A stretch of 64,000 nt of DNA. Source: Limisphaerales bacterium (GTDB lineage Bacteria; Verrucomicrobiota; Verrucomicrobiia; Limisphaerales; SIBE01). Where the stretch lies: assembly GCA_044225505.1 (NCBI GenBank), contig JBGAIN010000006.1, positions 1 to 64,000 on the forward strand, given 5' to 3'. A program made the position numbers and the translations under genes. The notes below the pieces were generated by a model. It was given only the letters and a program-made list of their open reading frames with translations. It ran no database searches and was not told the DNA's origin. Shown piece after piece: positions 20,122 through 29,775 of the stretch. Every line of letters begins with the position of its first letter. The first letter of the stretch is position 1.

Positions 20122-22095
20122 GTGCGGCCTGAGACACAACTTCGGCGTGGAGTGCAGCGGGGTCTCCGTTGGTTCGTGCCGAGTCTGTCTATCGCTATCG
20201 CTTGGATTGCGCTCCTTTCTCCTTTGGGTCGGTGGTCAGACAATATCAGCTACGACATTCTCTTTGCGTTCTACGGCCCTCAACATCGGGACGATGCGGC
20301 GTTGGTCTATATGGATTACGAATCCGCACGTCAGTTGGGTCAGCCAGATTCCGGCCGTTACGATCGCGCGGTGCATGCTAAACTGATCGATAAACTTTCA
20401 GGTCTGGGAGCTAAGGCAATCGTTTTCGATGCGCTTTTCGAGCATCCGGACACCAACAATCCGGCATCTGATCAAGCGCTTATCGACGCCGCTCAACGAC
20501 AGAGGTTCGTCTTCGCCGGGGCCGTTCAGCGCCGAGGCAATTACTCGCTATTACCCGCGGCCAAGGTTGTTCCGCCATTTCCGGAACTGCGGCGCGCGTT
20601 GGCGGGATATGGATTAGTTGAGGGCAATTTGGAAGGGGAACCAATTCGGGACATGACAACGGACCTGGCCGCGGTGTCCAGCCTGGCGAACGTCGTCGCG
20701 GATGCCTTTTCTCCAATCCCTGTGATACTCCAACGAGAGCGATCACCCCGGCTGAACTACTATGGCGCTCCGTTGCAGGCGATTCCTGGATACCGCTACT
20801 TCGACGTACTAACAAACCGGCTCGAACTCCGTGGCGCCTTCTCAAATCGCGTCGTTTTTGTGGGTCAGAATTCGGTGGAGAATCTGGATTCGTCGCCTGA
20901 TCGCGATCTGCATCCCACGCCGTTTACTCGGTGGACGGGCTTGAGAGCTCCAGGTGTCGAGATTAATGCGACCGCGTTCCTGAACCTGGTCCACCATGAG
21001 TGGCTTCGCCGAGGGCATCCACTCGCCGAGGCCATTGCGTTGGTGGTCACCGGCTTGGTCACGGGTCTGGCCCCGGCACCGCGGCGATTCAAAACGGGAG
21101 TTCTTTTACTTGGGCTGTCAATTTGCTCGATAGCTTGGGTGGCGTGGATTCTGGCCTGGCGATGGCATATCTGGGCGCCCTGGCTAATTCCCATTGTCTT
21201 TCAAGTTCCGGTGGGAGTCGCCGCTCTGTTATTACAGCGATCGCGCGAGGGGCAGTCCGATGTGGTGCCCTTGCGTCGGGAGTTTAAAACAGAACCGTGG
21301 TCAATTCCCGACCACGAGTTGGTGCGAAAAATTGGTACTGGTGGCTATGGCGACGTCTGGCTCGCACGCAACGCGCTGGGCGGTTTCCATGCCGTCAAGA
21401 TCGTAGAGCGGAGTCGGTTTTCCGGGCCGGATCCATACGAGCGCGAGTTTAACGGCGTCCGAAATTTCATGCCAATCTCGCGCGGCCATCCGGGATGGGT
21501 GCCGATACTTCATGTAGGGCGAAATGATCTGGCTAGCGGCTACTTCTATTACGTGATGGAACTTGCCGATTCGAAGGCGGAAAAGCTCGACGTCGAAACC
21601 TACGAACCGAAGACGCTGTCTAGCGCGGACTATGGTCAGAGTCCTGCCTCACCCTTACAAATCGCCCGGATTGGCCTCGAGTTGGCGGAAGCACTCCAAT
21701 ACCTCCACCAACACGGCTTGGTCCATCGGGACGTGAAACCAAGCAACGTTCTTTTCTGGCGGGGAAGTCCGCGTTTTGCCGACATTGGTCTTGTCACACA
21801 ATTCGCGAGAACTGGCCGAGACGTTAGTTTTGTGGGAACAGCCGGGTTTGTGGCACCGGAGGGTCCCGGAACGCCTGGCGGGGATGTATTTGGGTTAGGT
21901 AAGTTACTGCAATCTCTCCAAACTGATCGCCTCGTGTCGGATAGCCAGCACTTGGACGAAACATCGGCTCGCCAGCAACAGCGGCTTAGCACGATTTTGC
22001 AGAAAGCAACCGCTATGGATCCTGATCGCCGATACGCCTCCGCTGCTGCCCTGGCGCAGAGTCTTAACGAGTTACTCAAGGATTCTCTTTTCTGA
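20122..22095 (+). CDS. CHASE2 sensor domain + 3 TM helices + Ser/Thr protein kinase
   Basis: RAVHAKLIDKL...AKAIVFDALF, DLHPTPF, PGVEINAT (CHASE2); kinase IGTGGYG, AVK, HRDVKPSN, DIG, APE; 2 nt after the FecR gene. Confidence 0.9.
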   Translation: MRPETQLRRGVQRGLRWFVPSLSIAIAWIALLSPLGRWSDNISYDILFAFYGPQHRDDAALVYMDYESARQLGQPDSGRYDRAVHAKLIDKLSGLGAKAIVFDALFEHPDTNNPASDQALIDAAQRQRFVFAGAVQRRGNYSLLPAAKVVPPFPELRRALAGYGLVEGNLEGEPIRDMTTDLAAVSSLANVVADAFSPIPVILQRERSPRLNYYGAPLQAIPGYRYFDVLTNRLELRGAFSNRVVFVGQNSVENLDSSPDRDLHPTPFTRWTGLRAPGVEINATAFLNLVHHEWLRRGHPLAEAIALVVTGLVTGLAPAPRRFKTGVLLLGLSICSIAWVAWILAWRWHIWAPWLIPIVFQVPVGVAALLLQRSREGQSDVVPLRREFKTEPWSIPDHELVRKIGTGGYGDVWLARNALGGFHAVKIVERSRFSGPDPYEREFNGVRNFMPISRGHPGWVPILHVGRNDLASGYFYYVMELADSKAEKLDVETYEPKTLSSADYGQSPASPLQIARIGLELAEALQYLHQHGLVHRDVKPSNVLFWRGSPRFADIGLVTQFARTGRDVSFVGTAGFVAPEGPGTPGGDVFGLGKLLQSLQTDRLVSDSQHLDETSARQQQRLSTILQKATAMDPDRRYASAAALAQSLNELLKDSLF

Positions 22096-23146
22096 ACGAC
22101 CAGCGCCGCAACCGGCCGATCCAGCCACCCCAACGCGAGGTGCGCGCTCCCTGTTGGCGGAAACGTTCCAAGTCATCTGCAAGAGCATTCGCCGTCGGGA
22201 ACCGCGATTCAGGTGCGCGTTCGAGACATCGGTGGCAGATAGCTTCTAATGTTGGATGAACTCGGGGATTGGTCGTACGGAGTGGGACGACCGCCTCCGT
22301 AAGAACCCGCCTTATTTGATCTTCTGCAGGCCCTCGCCCGAAGGCGGGAACCCCACTCAGCGCTTCGTAGAGAATTGCACCGAGGGAGAAGATATCCGTT
22401 GCCGGTTGCAGTGTTTTTGAACCGGACGCTTGCTCTGGCGAAAAGTATCCCGGCGTGCCGACGATGCACATCTCAGGCGTCAAGCTTCGGACGCTAGTAG
22501 TGACCTTGGCCAGTCCAAAATCGACCACAAAGGGCCATTCCGACCGGTCGAGCAAAATATTTCCCGGCGTCAAGTCTCGATGCAGAACGCCCCTCTCGTG
22601 GGCGTGATGGACGCCGCGAGCAGCTAGCGATACGATGCGGCAGACCTCGAGCATCCATTCAGCTTCCTGGCGCTTGGCATCAGGCCTTTTGGGCTGACTA
22701 ACACGGGTGGTCCAGAAGTCGGTCAGTCGCTTACCCAGCGAAGGACCCGCAACCAATTTCATGCTGTAAAAGATCGTGGCGTTTTCGCTGCCTATTTCAT
22801 AGATCGGAATGATGTGCGGATGGTCCAGCTTGGCGATCGTTTCCGCTTCCTGGCGGAACCGGCGCAGCGGTATGAGCGCATCCAGGGAGTACGCCGAGAC
22901 GATTTTCAAGGCGACATCTCGACCGAGACTCAACTGTCGCGCATGATAGACAATAGCCATGCCGCCCCGGCCCAGTTCCCTCATGATCTCGTAATCCTTG
23001 AGTTGCTTGGGTATTCCGTCCGATTCTGAGGCCGAAGCTTCGTCTGTCTCCGGGGTGGAAGTCGCGTCTTGCAGAAGGCAAGTGGGGCACAGACCCAGCG
23101 TCATTTTTGTGCCGAGCACCGAGCCACATTTCGGACATCGCTCCAT
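22076..23146 (-). CDS. Cytoplasmic Ser/Thr protein kinase with N-terminal Cys motif
   Basis: CPKCG...LCPTCLL, LGRGGM, VALK, HRDLTPGN, DFGL, GTPGYFSPE; no C-terminal sensor. Confidence 0.9.
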   Translation of the reverse strand: MERCPKCGSVLGTKMTLGLCPTCLLQDATSTPETDEASASESDGIPKQLKDYEIMRELGRGGMAIVYHARQLSLGRDVALKIVSAYSLDALIPLRRFRQEAETIAKLDHPHIIPIYEIGSENATIFYSMKLVAGPSLGKRLTDFWTTRVSQPKRPDAKRQEAEWMLEVCRIVSLAARGVHHAHERGVLHRDLTPGNILLDRSEWPFVVDFGLAKVTTSVRSLTPEMCIVGTPGYFSPEQASGSKTLQPATDIFSLGAILYEALSGVPAFGRGPAEDQIRRVLTEAVVPLRTTNPRVHPTLEAICHRCLERAPESRFPTANALADDLERFRQQGARTSRWGGWIGRLRRWSFRKENP

Positions 23147-23164
23147 ATCCGACAACGTCGACCA

Positions 23165-23881
23165 TCAATTGCTCAAAGCCTCGGTCAACGCGCGCAGCTC
23201 TGCTTCGACGTCTGCACTCGCCATGACCGTGTTGCTTACCACCTGTCGCAGCAGTTCGCCAAAGCGACGGCGCATTCGTAAGACGACGACTTTGAGGGCA
23301 CCCTCGGTGGTGCCAACGCTCGCTGCAATCTCCGCGTAGGATCGATCCAGGGCATCTCCTTGAAGGACGCCCTTCACGGCGTCGAACACAGCACGTTGGC
23401 CTTTGGCATCATATTCGTGCGCCAGGCATTGGAGCGTTCGGGAAAGCGCCTCCAAGGCGCACTGCCGGTCGAACACGCCCTCCGGTGTACGGTGGTCTGC
23501 AGGTTCGTCCCTATAACGGTTCTCCGCGTCCGTCGCATCGAAAGAAATTGTGATCTGCCCTCCACCTCGTTTCTGGGCGCGATCGCGTCGTTTGGAATCT
23601 TTCCAGAAATCCTCCAGGCAACCGATCAGAAAAGAGCGAATGCGACCGCGAGCGGGGTCCATTCTGGCAAAGAGACGCTTTCGGACGACCTGCTCAAAAA
23701 AGCCCAGCGTCAGATCTTCTGCATCGTGCGGTGGGACTTGTCTGCGACGCAAGTAGGCATAGACCGGGCTGACATAAAGGCTGCACAACTCCGCCAGCGC
23801 GTCCGACTCCTGCGTGCCTCCCTGGCGGATGCGCATCACTAACGAAACGCGGCTGGCTGGCATCTCACTCGTGGATTTCAT
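23165..23881 (-). CDS. ECF sigma-70 factor of the kinase-associated type
   Basis: ALAELCSLY.SPVYAYLRR, DAEDLT, RGRIRSFL, AQKRGGG, SYAEIAASVG; directly upstream of the kinase. Upstream part of the 555-aa ORF is antisense lpdA. Confidence 0.88.
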   Translation of the reverse strand: MKSTSEMPASRVSLVMRIRQGGTQESDALAELCSLYVSPVYAYLRRRQVPPHDAEDLTLGFFEQVVRKRLFARMDPARGRIRSFLIGCLEDFWKDSKRRDRAQKRGGGQITISFDATDAENRYRDEPADHRTPEGVFDRQCALEALSRTLQCLAHEYDAKGQRAVFDAVKGVLQGDALDRSYAEIAASVGTTEGALKVVVLRMRRRFGELLRQVVSNTVMASADVEAELRALTEALSN

Positions 23882-24088
23882 CGTGAGCCAAAAGGTAAAG
23901 AGAACTAGCTCGCCTAAAGGAGATTCACTCAGAATCATCCTAGGTATTGGATTGAAGCCCGTCCTGGGACAGATGTCCAGCGGGCAATCGTTCTCGCTCC
24001 TGTCGCTCAGCTTGTCGCAACCACGCTGCATTCGCGCACAACGTTCTTTCGTGCCAAGAGCCTTTAATGCGTTTAGAATGCTTTCACC

Positions 24089-25480
24089 ATGCCTGCGAAC
24101 GCACATGACTTGATCGTGATCGGTGGCGGTCCAGGCGGCTATGTTGCCGCCATTCGCGCCGCACAGTTGGGTTTGAATACGGCCTGTATCGAGCAGGAAT
24201 CGGCTCTTGGCGGCACCTGTCTGCGCATTGGTTGCATTCCCAGCAAAGCATTGCTGGAGTCCAGCGAGCTGTATCTCGAAACGAAAGGAAAGCTCGCCGA
24301 TCACGGGGTGCGAGTGGGAGACGTGCAGTTGGACTTGCGCACTATGATGCAACGCAAAGAGCGGGTCGTTACCGTTCTGACCAAAGGCGTTGAGGGCTTG
24401 CTCAAAAAGAACAAGGTGACCCGTTACACAGGCCACGGCCGAATCACGGGTCCGGGACGATTGGTGGTGGACAACGCCGGGCAGGTTACCGAGTTGGAGG
24501 CGAAACATATCCTCATCGCGAGCGGCAGCAAACCATCCATGTTGCCAGGGGTACAGTTGGACGGAAACCGGATCGGCACGAGCACCGAAGCTTTGGGGTA
24601 TACCGAAGTTCCCGCGCATTTGGTTGTAATTGGCGCGGGGTATATCGGTTTGGAGCTTGGCTCGGTCTGGAGGCGTTTGGGAGCGCAAGTGACCGTGCTC
24701 GAGTTTTTGCCACGCATCCTGCCTGGGATGGACGGAGAACTCGCCGCCGAAGCACAGAAGGTCTTTCAAAAGCAAGGGATCAATTTCCGGCTGGGCGCCA
24801 AAGTGACCGCTGCTTCGGTGAAGGGCGAGCAATGCATCGTGGAAGCTGAGGGAATGGAACCGCTCATGTGCGATCGCGTATTACTCGCGGTCGGCAGAAC
24901 ACCCAACACCGATCAGCTCGGCTTGGAAACCGTCGGAATCCAGCTTGATCCCAAGGGCCGCATCCCGGTGAATGAGCATTTTGCCACCCGCGCGGCGGGA
25001 ATCTTCGCATTCGGCGATGTGATTGGCGGAGCGATGTTGGCTCACAAAGCGGAAGAAGAGGGCGCCGCGTGCGTCGAACAGATTGTGACAGGTTACGGGC
25101 ACGTGAATTACGACGCCATTCCCGGAATTGTCTATACGGAGCCGGAAATTGCGTCCGTCGGCAAAACCGAAGAACAGCTGAAAGCTGAGAGTGTCGGCTA
25201 TAGCAAAGGGATCTTTCCATTTCTCGCGAACGGCCGGGCTCGCGCGCTCAACAAAACCGAGGGAAGAATCAAAGTGCTCGCCGATGCCAAGACCGATCGA
25301 GTCCTGGGCGTCCACATTATCGGGCCGCGCGCTGGGGATCTGATCGCGGAAGCCGCGCTCGCGATCGCACTCGGGGCCAGCAGCGAAGACATTGCCCGGG
25401 CATCGCATGCGCATCCGACCCTCTCGGAAGCATTGAAAGAAGCCGCGCTGGCAGTTTCAGGCCGGGCGATTCACATCTGA
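24089..25480 (+). CDS. lpdA: Dihydrolipoamide dehydrogenase E3
   Basis: GGGPGGY, GGTCLRIGCIPSK disulfide motif, HAHPTLSE. Confidence 0.97.
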   Translation: MPANAHDLIVIGGGPGGYVAAIRAAQLGLNTACIEQESALGGTCLRIGCIPSKALLESSELYLETKGKLADHGVRVGDVQLDLRTMMQRKERVVTVLTKGVEGLLKKNKVTRYTGHGRITGPGRLVVDNAGQVTELEAKHILIASGSKPSMLPGVQLDGNRIGTSTEALGYTEVPAHLVVIGAGYIGLELGSVWRRLGAQVTVLEFLPRILPGMDGELAAEAQKVFQKQGINFRLGAKVTAASVKGEQCIVEAEGMEPLMCDRVLLAVGRTPNTDQLGLETVGIQLDPKGRIPVNEHFATRAAGIFAFGDVIGGAMLAHKAEEEGAACVEQIVTGYGHVNYDAIPGIVYTEPEIASVGKTEEQLKAESVGYSKGIFPFLANGRARALNKTEGRIKVLADAKTDRVLGVHIIGPRAGDLIAEAALAIALGASSEDIARASHAHPTLSEALKEAALAVSGRAIHI

Positions 25481-25502
25481 GCTGCGTCGTTGCGCGCGCC
25501 GC

Positions 25503-26897
25503 TTAGGCGGTGCGCGGGATTTGCGTTGCCGGGTCCAGCAGCGCTTGGAGCTTGCTGCGGTCCAACCCGCTCGATTCCAAGGCCACTTCTCGAATGGTCC
25601 GGCGAGAAGCGTAAGCCTCCTTTGCAATAGCCGCCGCCGCGTCATACCCAATGACGGGGACCAAGGATGTTCCCAGCGCGAGGCTCTGCTCGACGGTGGA
25701 TCCGCAGCGTTCTGCGTCGGCCTCCAGCCCCGTGACACAGCGTTGGGCGAAGGTGCGTGTTCCATGGGTCAACAGCGCGATGGATTGCAGTAGGTTGTGC
25801 GCCATGACGGGGATCATGACGTTCAGTTCAAAGTTCCCCCAACTTCCGCCGCAGGTAATTGCGGCGTCGTTGCCCAGCACTTGAGCGCAGACTTGCAGCA
25901 GCATCTCACTCATCACTGGGTTGACCTTGCCAGGCATGATCGACGAGCCAGGTTGAGTAGCTGGCAATCGGAGTTCTCCGAAGCCGCAACGCGGCCCGGA
26001 GGCCAGCCATCGCACGTCGTTGGCGATCTTCATTAAGCTGACGGCCACCGTTTTGAGCATGCCGCTCGCTTCAACCGTGGCGTCTCGTGCGCTCTGCGCT
26101 TCAAAATGATTGCCAGCTTCATGCAACGGAAGGTCGACTTCCTTGGCCAGGGCTTCAATCGTGCGACGAGCGAACTCCGGGTGTGTATTGATGCCCGTCC
26201 CGACGGCCGTTCCTCCCAGAGCCAGCTCGCCGAGGGCAGGGCGCAAGGATTGCAGTCGCTTTACGCCATGTTCGATCTGACTGGCGTATCCACCGAACTC
26301 CTGGCCCAGGTAAATAGGGGTGGCGTCTTGCAGGTGGGTCCGCCCGATCTTCAGAATTCCAGCGAACGCTGCCGCTTTTTGCTCCAGCGCGGTCTGTAAT
26401 TCCTGCAAAGCCGGGACGAGCGCTCGCTCAATGCCTTCCAGAGCTGCCAAATGCAGCGCCGAGGGAATTACATCGTTGCTCGATTGGCCGCGATTTACGT
26501 CGTCATTCGGGTGCACCCGTTTGTCGCCACGAGTTCCGCCCAGGAGCTCCGACGCCCGGTTGGCGATTACCTCGTTGGCATTCATGTTCGTCGATGTCCC
26601 CGACCCTGTCTGGAACACATCCACCACGAATTGATCGTCGTGCTTGCCCTCCACAACTTCCTGCGCCGCGGATTCAATCGCGGCAGCCAGGTTCGGATCG
26701 AGCAGGTTCAACCCAAGGTTCGTCCGGGCCGCATGTTTCTTGATCAAGGCGAGCGCCCGGATAAAACTACGAGGAAAACGAAGCGGACTTATCGGGAAAT
26801 TCTCAACCGCACGGGCAGTTTGCGCTCCGTAAAGCGCGTGTCCTGGAATACGCATCGTGCCCATGGAATCACTTTCGGTTCGGAAACTCTCCTGCAT
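25503..26897 (-). CDS. fumC: Class II fumarate hydratase
   Basis: QTGSGTSTNMN, GRTHLQDATP, GSSIMPGKVNP. Confidence 0.95.
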   Translation of the reverse strand: MQESFRTESDSMGTMRIPGHALYGAQTARAVENFPISPLRFPRSFIRALALIKKHAARTNLGLNLLDPNLAAAIESAAQEVVEGKHDDQFVVDVFQTGSGTSTNMNANEVIANRASELLGGTRGDKRVHPNDDVNRGQSSNDVIPSALHLAALEGIERALVPALQELQTALEQKAAAFAGILKIGRTHLQDATPIYLGQEFGGYASQIEHGVKRLQSLRPALGELALGGTAVGTGINTHPEFARRTIEALAKEVDLPLHEAGNHFEAQSARDATVEASGMLKTVAVSLMKIANDVRWLASGPRCGFGELRLPATQPGSSIMPGKVNPVMSEMLLQVCAQVLGNDAAITCGGSWGNFELNVMIPVMAHNLLQSIALLTHGTRTFAQRCVTGLEADAERCGSTVEQSLALGTSLVPVIGYDAAAAIAKEAYASRRTIREVALESSGLDRSKLQALLDPATQIPRTA

Positions 26898-26997
26898 CAG
26901 GCACGGTCGCACGGGGAGCGGGCCGAGGCAATGGGCAGCATTCTGCGGTTGAGTTATACGATGGATGGAGCCGAGCCAGGAACGAACAGCACTTCGG

Positions 26998-28506
26998 CTA
27001 GATCAATGACATCCCTTTGGGCACCTTCACCACGACGGTCCCGGCAATCTTGTCGTGCCAAGCTTGGCGTTCACGGTCCCATCCAGCCCAAAAGAACCCG
27101 AGGAATAAAGCGAAGGCGGAAAAGAAACTGGATAAGCTCCGGACTAATGCGACGGCAAAATCAACGGGCTGCCCGTCCGTTCGCACCACTTTAATATTCA
27201 TGACAATGCCGCCGATGGTGGTCCCTTTCCAGGCCCACATGGCCACATGGTAGCCCGCCCACACCGCAATAAAGAATGGCCCGGTCACGTGGAGCAAAAG
27301 GCCCAGCAAGATAAAATCAAGCGATGCGGCGCAGAACCGTCGCCAGAACCCAACTCGCGGCAAAAGGACCACGTCGCTGGGGGCCAGCATGGGGGGAAAA
27401 GCTCCAGTGCTCGTTCCCAGATCAGCGGTTGGGAACGGGTCTGCTCCGGCGCCAGCGCCCATGGCAAAAGGCACCGGGCGCGAAGGTTCATCGCGTCGGA
27501 AAGAGCCGAACGAGGCCAACAACACAGCCCCAAACCCAATCAAAGTGACCACACCCCAAACGGCGAATCCAAGAATCGGAACCATGTAAAGGATGTAGAA
27601 GAGAACGAATCCAAGTAACAGGACTCCTGGCAGCGTCAGGTTTAGGGCGGGAAACTGCCGGCTGACCTGCTGCCCGGCGTAAGAATAGACCGCGATCTTG
27701 CCGAATAGCGTGGCGGCCACTAGAGCGCACACGACAAACGGGATCACCAAGATACCCGCGACAGAAACCACGAGCAGGAAGAGCAACGGACCTAGAAGCA
27801 CGAAAAGCAGCAGCCCCACAAAAAACGAGACCACAGGCTGTTGCTCTACCGCCGTGACACACGCGCGCACCGGCGTCGGAAACATCAGCGTCAATGCCAG
27901 ATAAAGGACCAGGCAGATCCCCGCCGCAATCCAGACCCAGCGCACTTGCGGCGGAAACGGTCTGGCCAGGAAAAGCCCTTGTGCCAGCCAGCTTTGCAGC
28001 CAGACGAAATCAGGCATTGCGTGACCTAAAGTCACGGTCGTCTGTTGTCCGCCGACGGTAGCTTTAGGATTCAATTTGAAATGGCCGCCCACCACCACGA
28101 CATCGTTCCCGACGCTCGCTTCCGGGCCTAATGCCGCCGACCCAAGCACTGTCACGAGGCCATCTTTGATCTGGCCGTTGATCCGCGCCGAACCGGACAG
28201 GACCGTCAAGCTCCCCTCGACGGTGCCATCAATCGTGGCGTTACCCGCAATCACGACCAGGTCAGGCACCACTTCGCCAGCCCGAACCGTTACATCTTTG
28301 CCAATCTCAACCCGCGCGTTGCGGGAGATATGACGAGGGGGGGCTCGGTGTCGGACTTTCTTTTTCGGGGGCTGAATAACCGGAGCTGGGTCTTCTGCAG
28401 GCTGAGGGGCGATTGCGTCCGGTTCATCTGCCGCCCAACTGCTTACCACGAGCCAACCACAAACGAAGGCTAGGAGCAGGCGGCTAAAATAGAGACGGGA
28501 ACGCAT
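26998..28506 (-). CDS. Membrane protein: periplasmic beta-helix (bactofilin-like), multi-TM region, C-terminal RDD domain
   Basis: Signal peptide MRSRLYF...SWA; VIAGNATIDGTV-type repeats; GFWRRFCAASLD and RQAWHDKIAGTVVV. Confidence 0.8.
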   Translation of the reverse strand: MRSRLYFSRLLLAFVCGWLVVSSWAADEPDAIAPQPAEDPAPVIQPPKKKVRHRAPPRHISRNARVEIGKDVTVRAGEVVPDLVVIAGNATIDGTVEGSLTVLSGSARINGQIKDGLVTVLGSAALGPEASVGNDVVVVGGHFKLNPKATVGGQQTTVTLGHAMPDFVWLQSWLAQGLFLARPFPPQVRWVWIAAGICLVLYLALTLMFPTPVRACVTAVEQQPVVSFFVGLLLFVLLGPLLFLLVVSVAGILVIPFVVCALVAATLFGKIAVYSYAGQQVSRQFPALNLTLPGVLLLGFVLFYILYMVPILGFAVWGVVTLIGFGAVLLASFGSFRRDEPSRPVPFAMGAGAGADPFPTADLGTSTGAFPPMLAPSDVVLLPRVGFWRRFCAASLDFILLGLLLHVTGPFFIAVWAGYHVAMWAWKGTTIGGIVMNIKVVRTDGQPVDFAVALVRSLSSFFSAFALFLGFFWAGWDRERQAWHDKIAGTVVVKVPKGMSLI

Positions 28507-28517
28507 GAAAACAAACT

Positions 28518-28982
28518 TTAGCGATGGCAGCGCGCGACGCGGTAACACGCGGTCGCGATCGCGACGCACGCCAGATACATGATCAATGGCACAAAGATCG
28601 CCAGCAACAGCCATTGTTGGCCAATCGTCTGGCTGAGCACCAACAAGGCATTGCCCAGAACAAGCACCACCTCCCAAAGCGCTCCCGCGACGCTGAGCGC
28701 GCTCGATACGCTTTCCAATTCCATGCCAGTCGCAAGGAGCCCCCAGATCCAGGAGAGACCATAGAACGTGCCGACGGCACCTGACATCAGAAAGGGTGCC
28801 GAAGCCACCTGAATGGCGAATGGCCATTGAATCCAAGGCCGCTGCCACCAATGCCGCTTCGCCCGCTCCCGAATTTGCGCCAGGACCTTTGGAATCAACG
28901 TTTCCGGAGCTTGTTGTTCCGGCAGCGACGAGAGCTCTCGCTGAATCAGTTCTTCCAGAGACTTATGGGGGGCTGGTTCCAT
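28518..28982 (-). CDS. Putative membrane anti-sigma factor
   Basis: Follows ECF sigma; LPEQQAPETLIPKVLAQI then two TM helices. Confidence 0.7.
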   Translation of the reverse strand: MEPAPHKSLEELIQRELSSLPEQQAPETLIPKVLAQIRERAKRHWWQRPWIQWPFAIQVASAPFLMSGAVGTFYGLSWIWGLLATGMELESVSSALSVAGALWEVVLVLGNALLVLSQTIGQQWLLLAIFVPLIMYLACVAIATACYRVARCHR

Positions 28983-28992
28983 GATTCGCAGA

Positions 28993-29646
28993 TCAGCTAT
29001 GCGCTAAGCGCAGACCGAGGAACGTTTGCGGACTCTGCCTGCGATCCGTCTTCGCTGGCGGAGGGGTTTCCCGCGGTGGTTTGATAACCGGCTTAAAATC
29101 ACTCCATTCGTCAGCGCCAGGCGACGTCAAATTCAAGCGCTTTCGCAACGCCTCTCGTCCGCGAAAGATGTCCGTCTTCACTTTGCTCAACGAAATGCTG
29201 AGCTTGGCCGCAATCTCTTCGTAGGAAAGGTTTTCGAAATGGAACAGGACCAAAGGCACCCGTTGGGTAGTAGGAAGCTTTTGCAGGGCCTGCTCCAAGA
29301 GACGGCGGTGATCCGCTTCGTCGAGCTGATCGCGCAGCGTTTCTGGCGCGGCGACGTCGAGCGTGGCGTCGTCTCCGTCCTCCGGTGATAACATTTCGGA
29401 GAAGAACCGCCAGCGCGCCCGGTATCGGGAAAGGTGGTTCAGACAGAGGTTGGTGGTGACCGTTTTCAGCCAACCGCCAACGGTTGGGCTTTGCGACAGG
29501 TCGTGGAATCGTTCATACGCTTTCAGAAAAACTTCCTGGGCGATATCTTGGGCCTCCGAGTCATTGCCCAGCAACCGCACAGCAGTGCTGAAGACCATGT
29601 TCTGGTAGGCTCGCATGAACGTCTCAAAGTGGCTCGTGTCAGTCAT
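28993..29646 (-). CDS. ECF sigma-70 factor (SigW/RpoE-like)
   Basis: EAQDIAQEVFLKAY, WLKTVTTNLC, LSYEEIAAKL...VKTDIFRGR. Confidence 0.92.
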   Translation of the reverse strand: MTDTSHFETFMRAYQNMVFSTAVRLLGNDSEAQDIAQEVFLKAYERFHDLSQSPTVGGWLKTVTTNLCLNHLSRYRARWRFFSEMLSPEDGDDATLDVAAPETLRDQLDEADHRRLLEQALQKLPTTQRVPLVLFHFENLSYEEIAAKLSISLSKVKTDIFRGREALRKRLNLTSPGADEWSDFKPVIKPPRETPPPAKTDRRQSPQTFLGLRLAHS

Positions 29647-29682
29647 TATCGGGCCGGTGCACGGCCGGCGTTGCTAGGTATA

Positions 29683-29710
29683 GGACACACGAAGTTCAAA
29701 CTGAGTTGCA
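29683..29710 (-). promoter_or_regulatory. Putative autoregulatory ECF promoter TGCAAC-N16-GTGTCC
   Basis: Minus strand tgcaac tcagtttgaacttcgt gtgtcc, ~37 nt before the sigma ATG; fits the AAC (-35) / GTC (-10) ECF pattern. Confidence 0.55.
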
Positions 29711-29775
29711 TGAATTTCTTCCTGTTCTCCTGGAACAGGTTACCTCAGGGGTGAGGTTTCTCGCCCCAGCTTCAC

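Noticed and set aside
23882..24832. 555-aa ORF suggesting a long N-terminal extension on the ECF sigma
   Set aside because: The extension is the antisense frame of lpdA plus intergenic DNA; sigma homology starts near 23881
28507..28851. N-terminal extension of the RDD gene in the 617-aa ORF
   Set aside because: Overlaps the anti-sigma gene in another frame; a clean signal peptide starts at 28506
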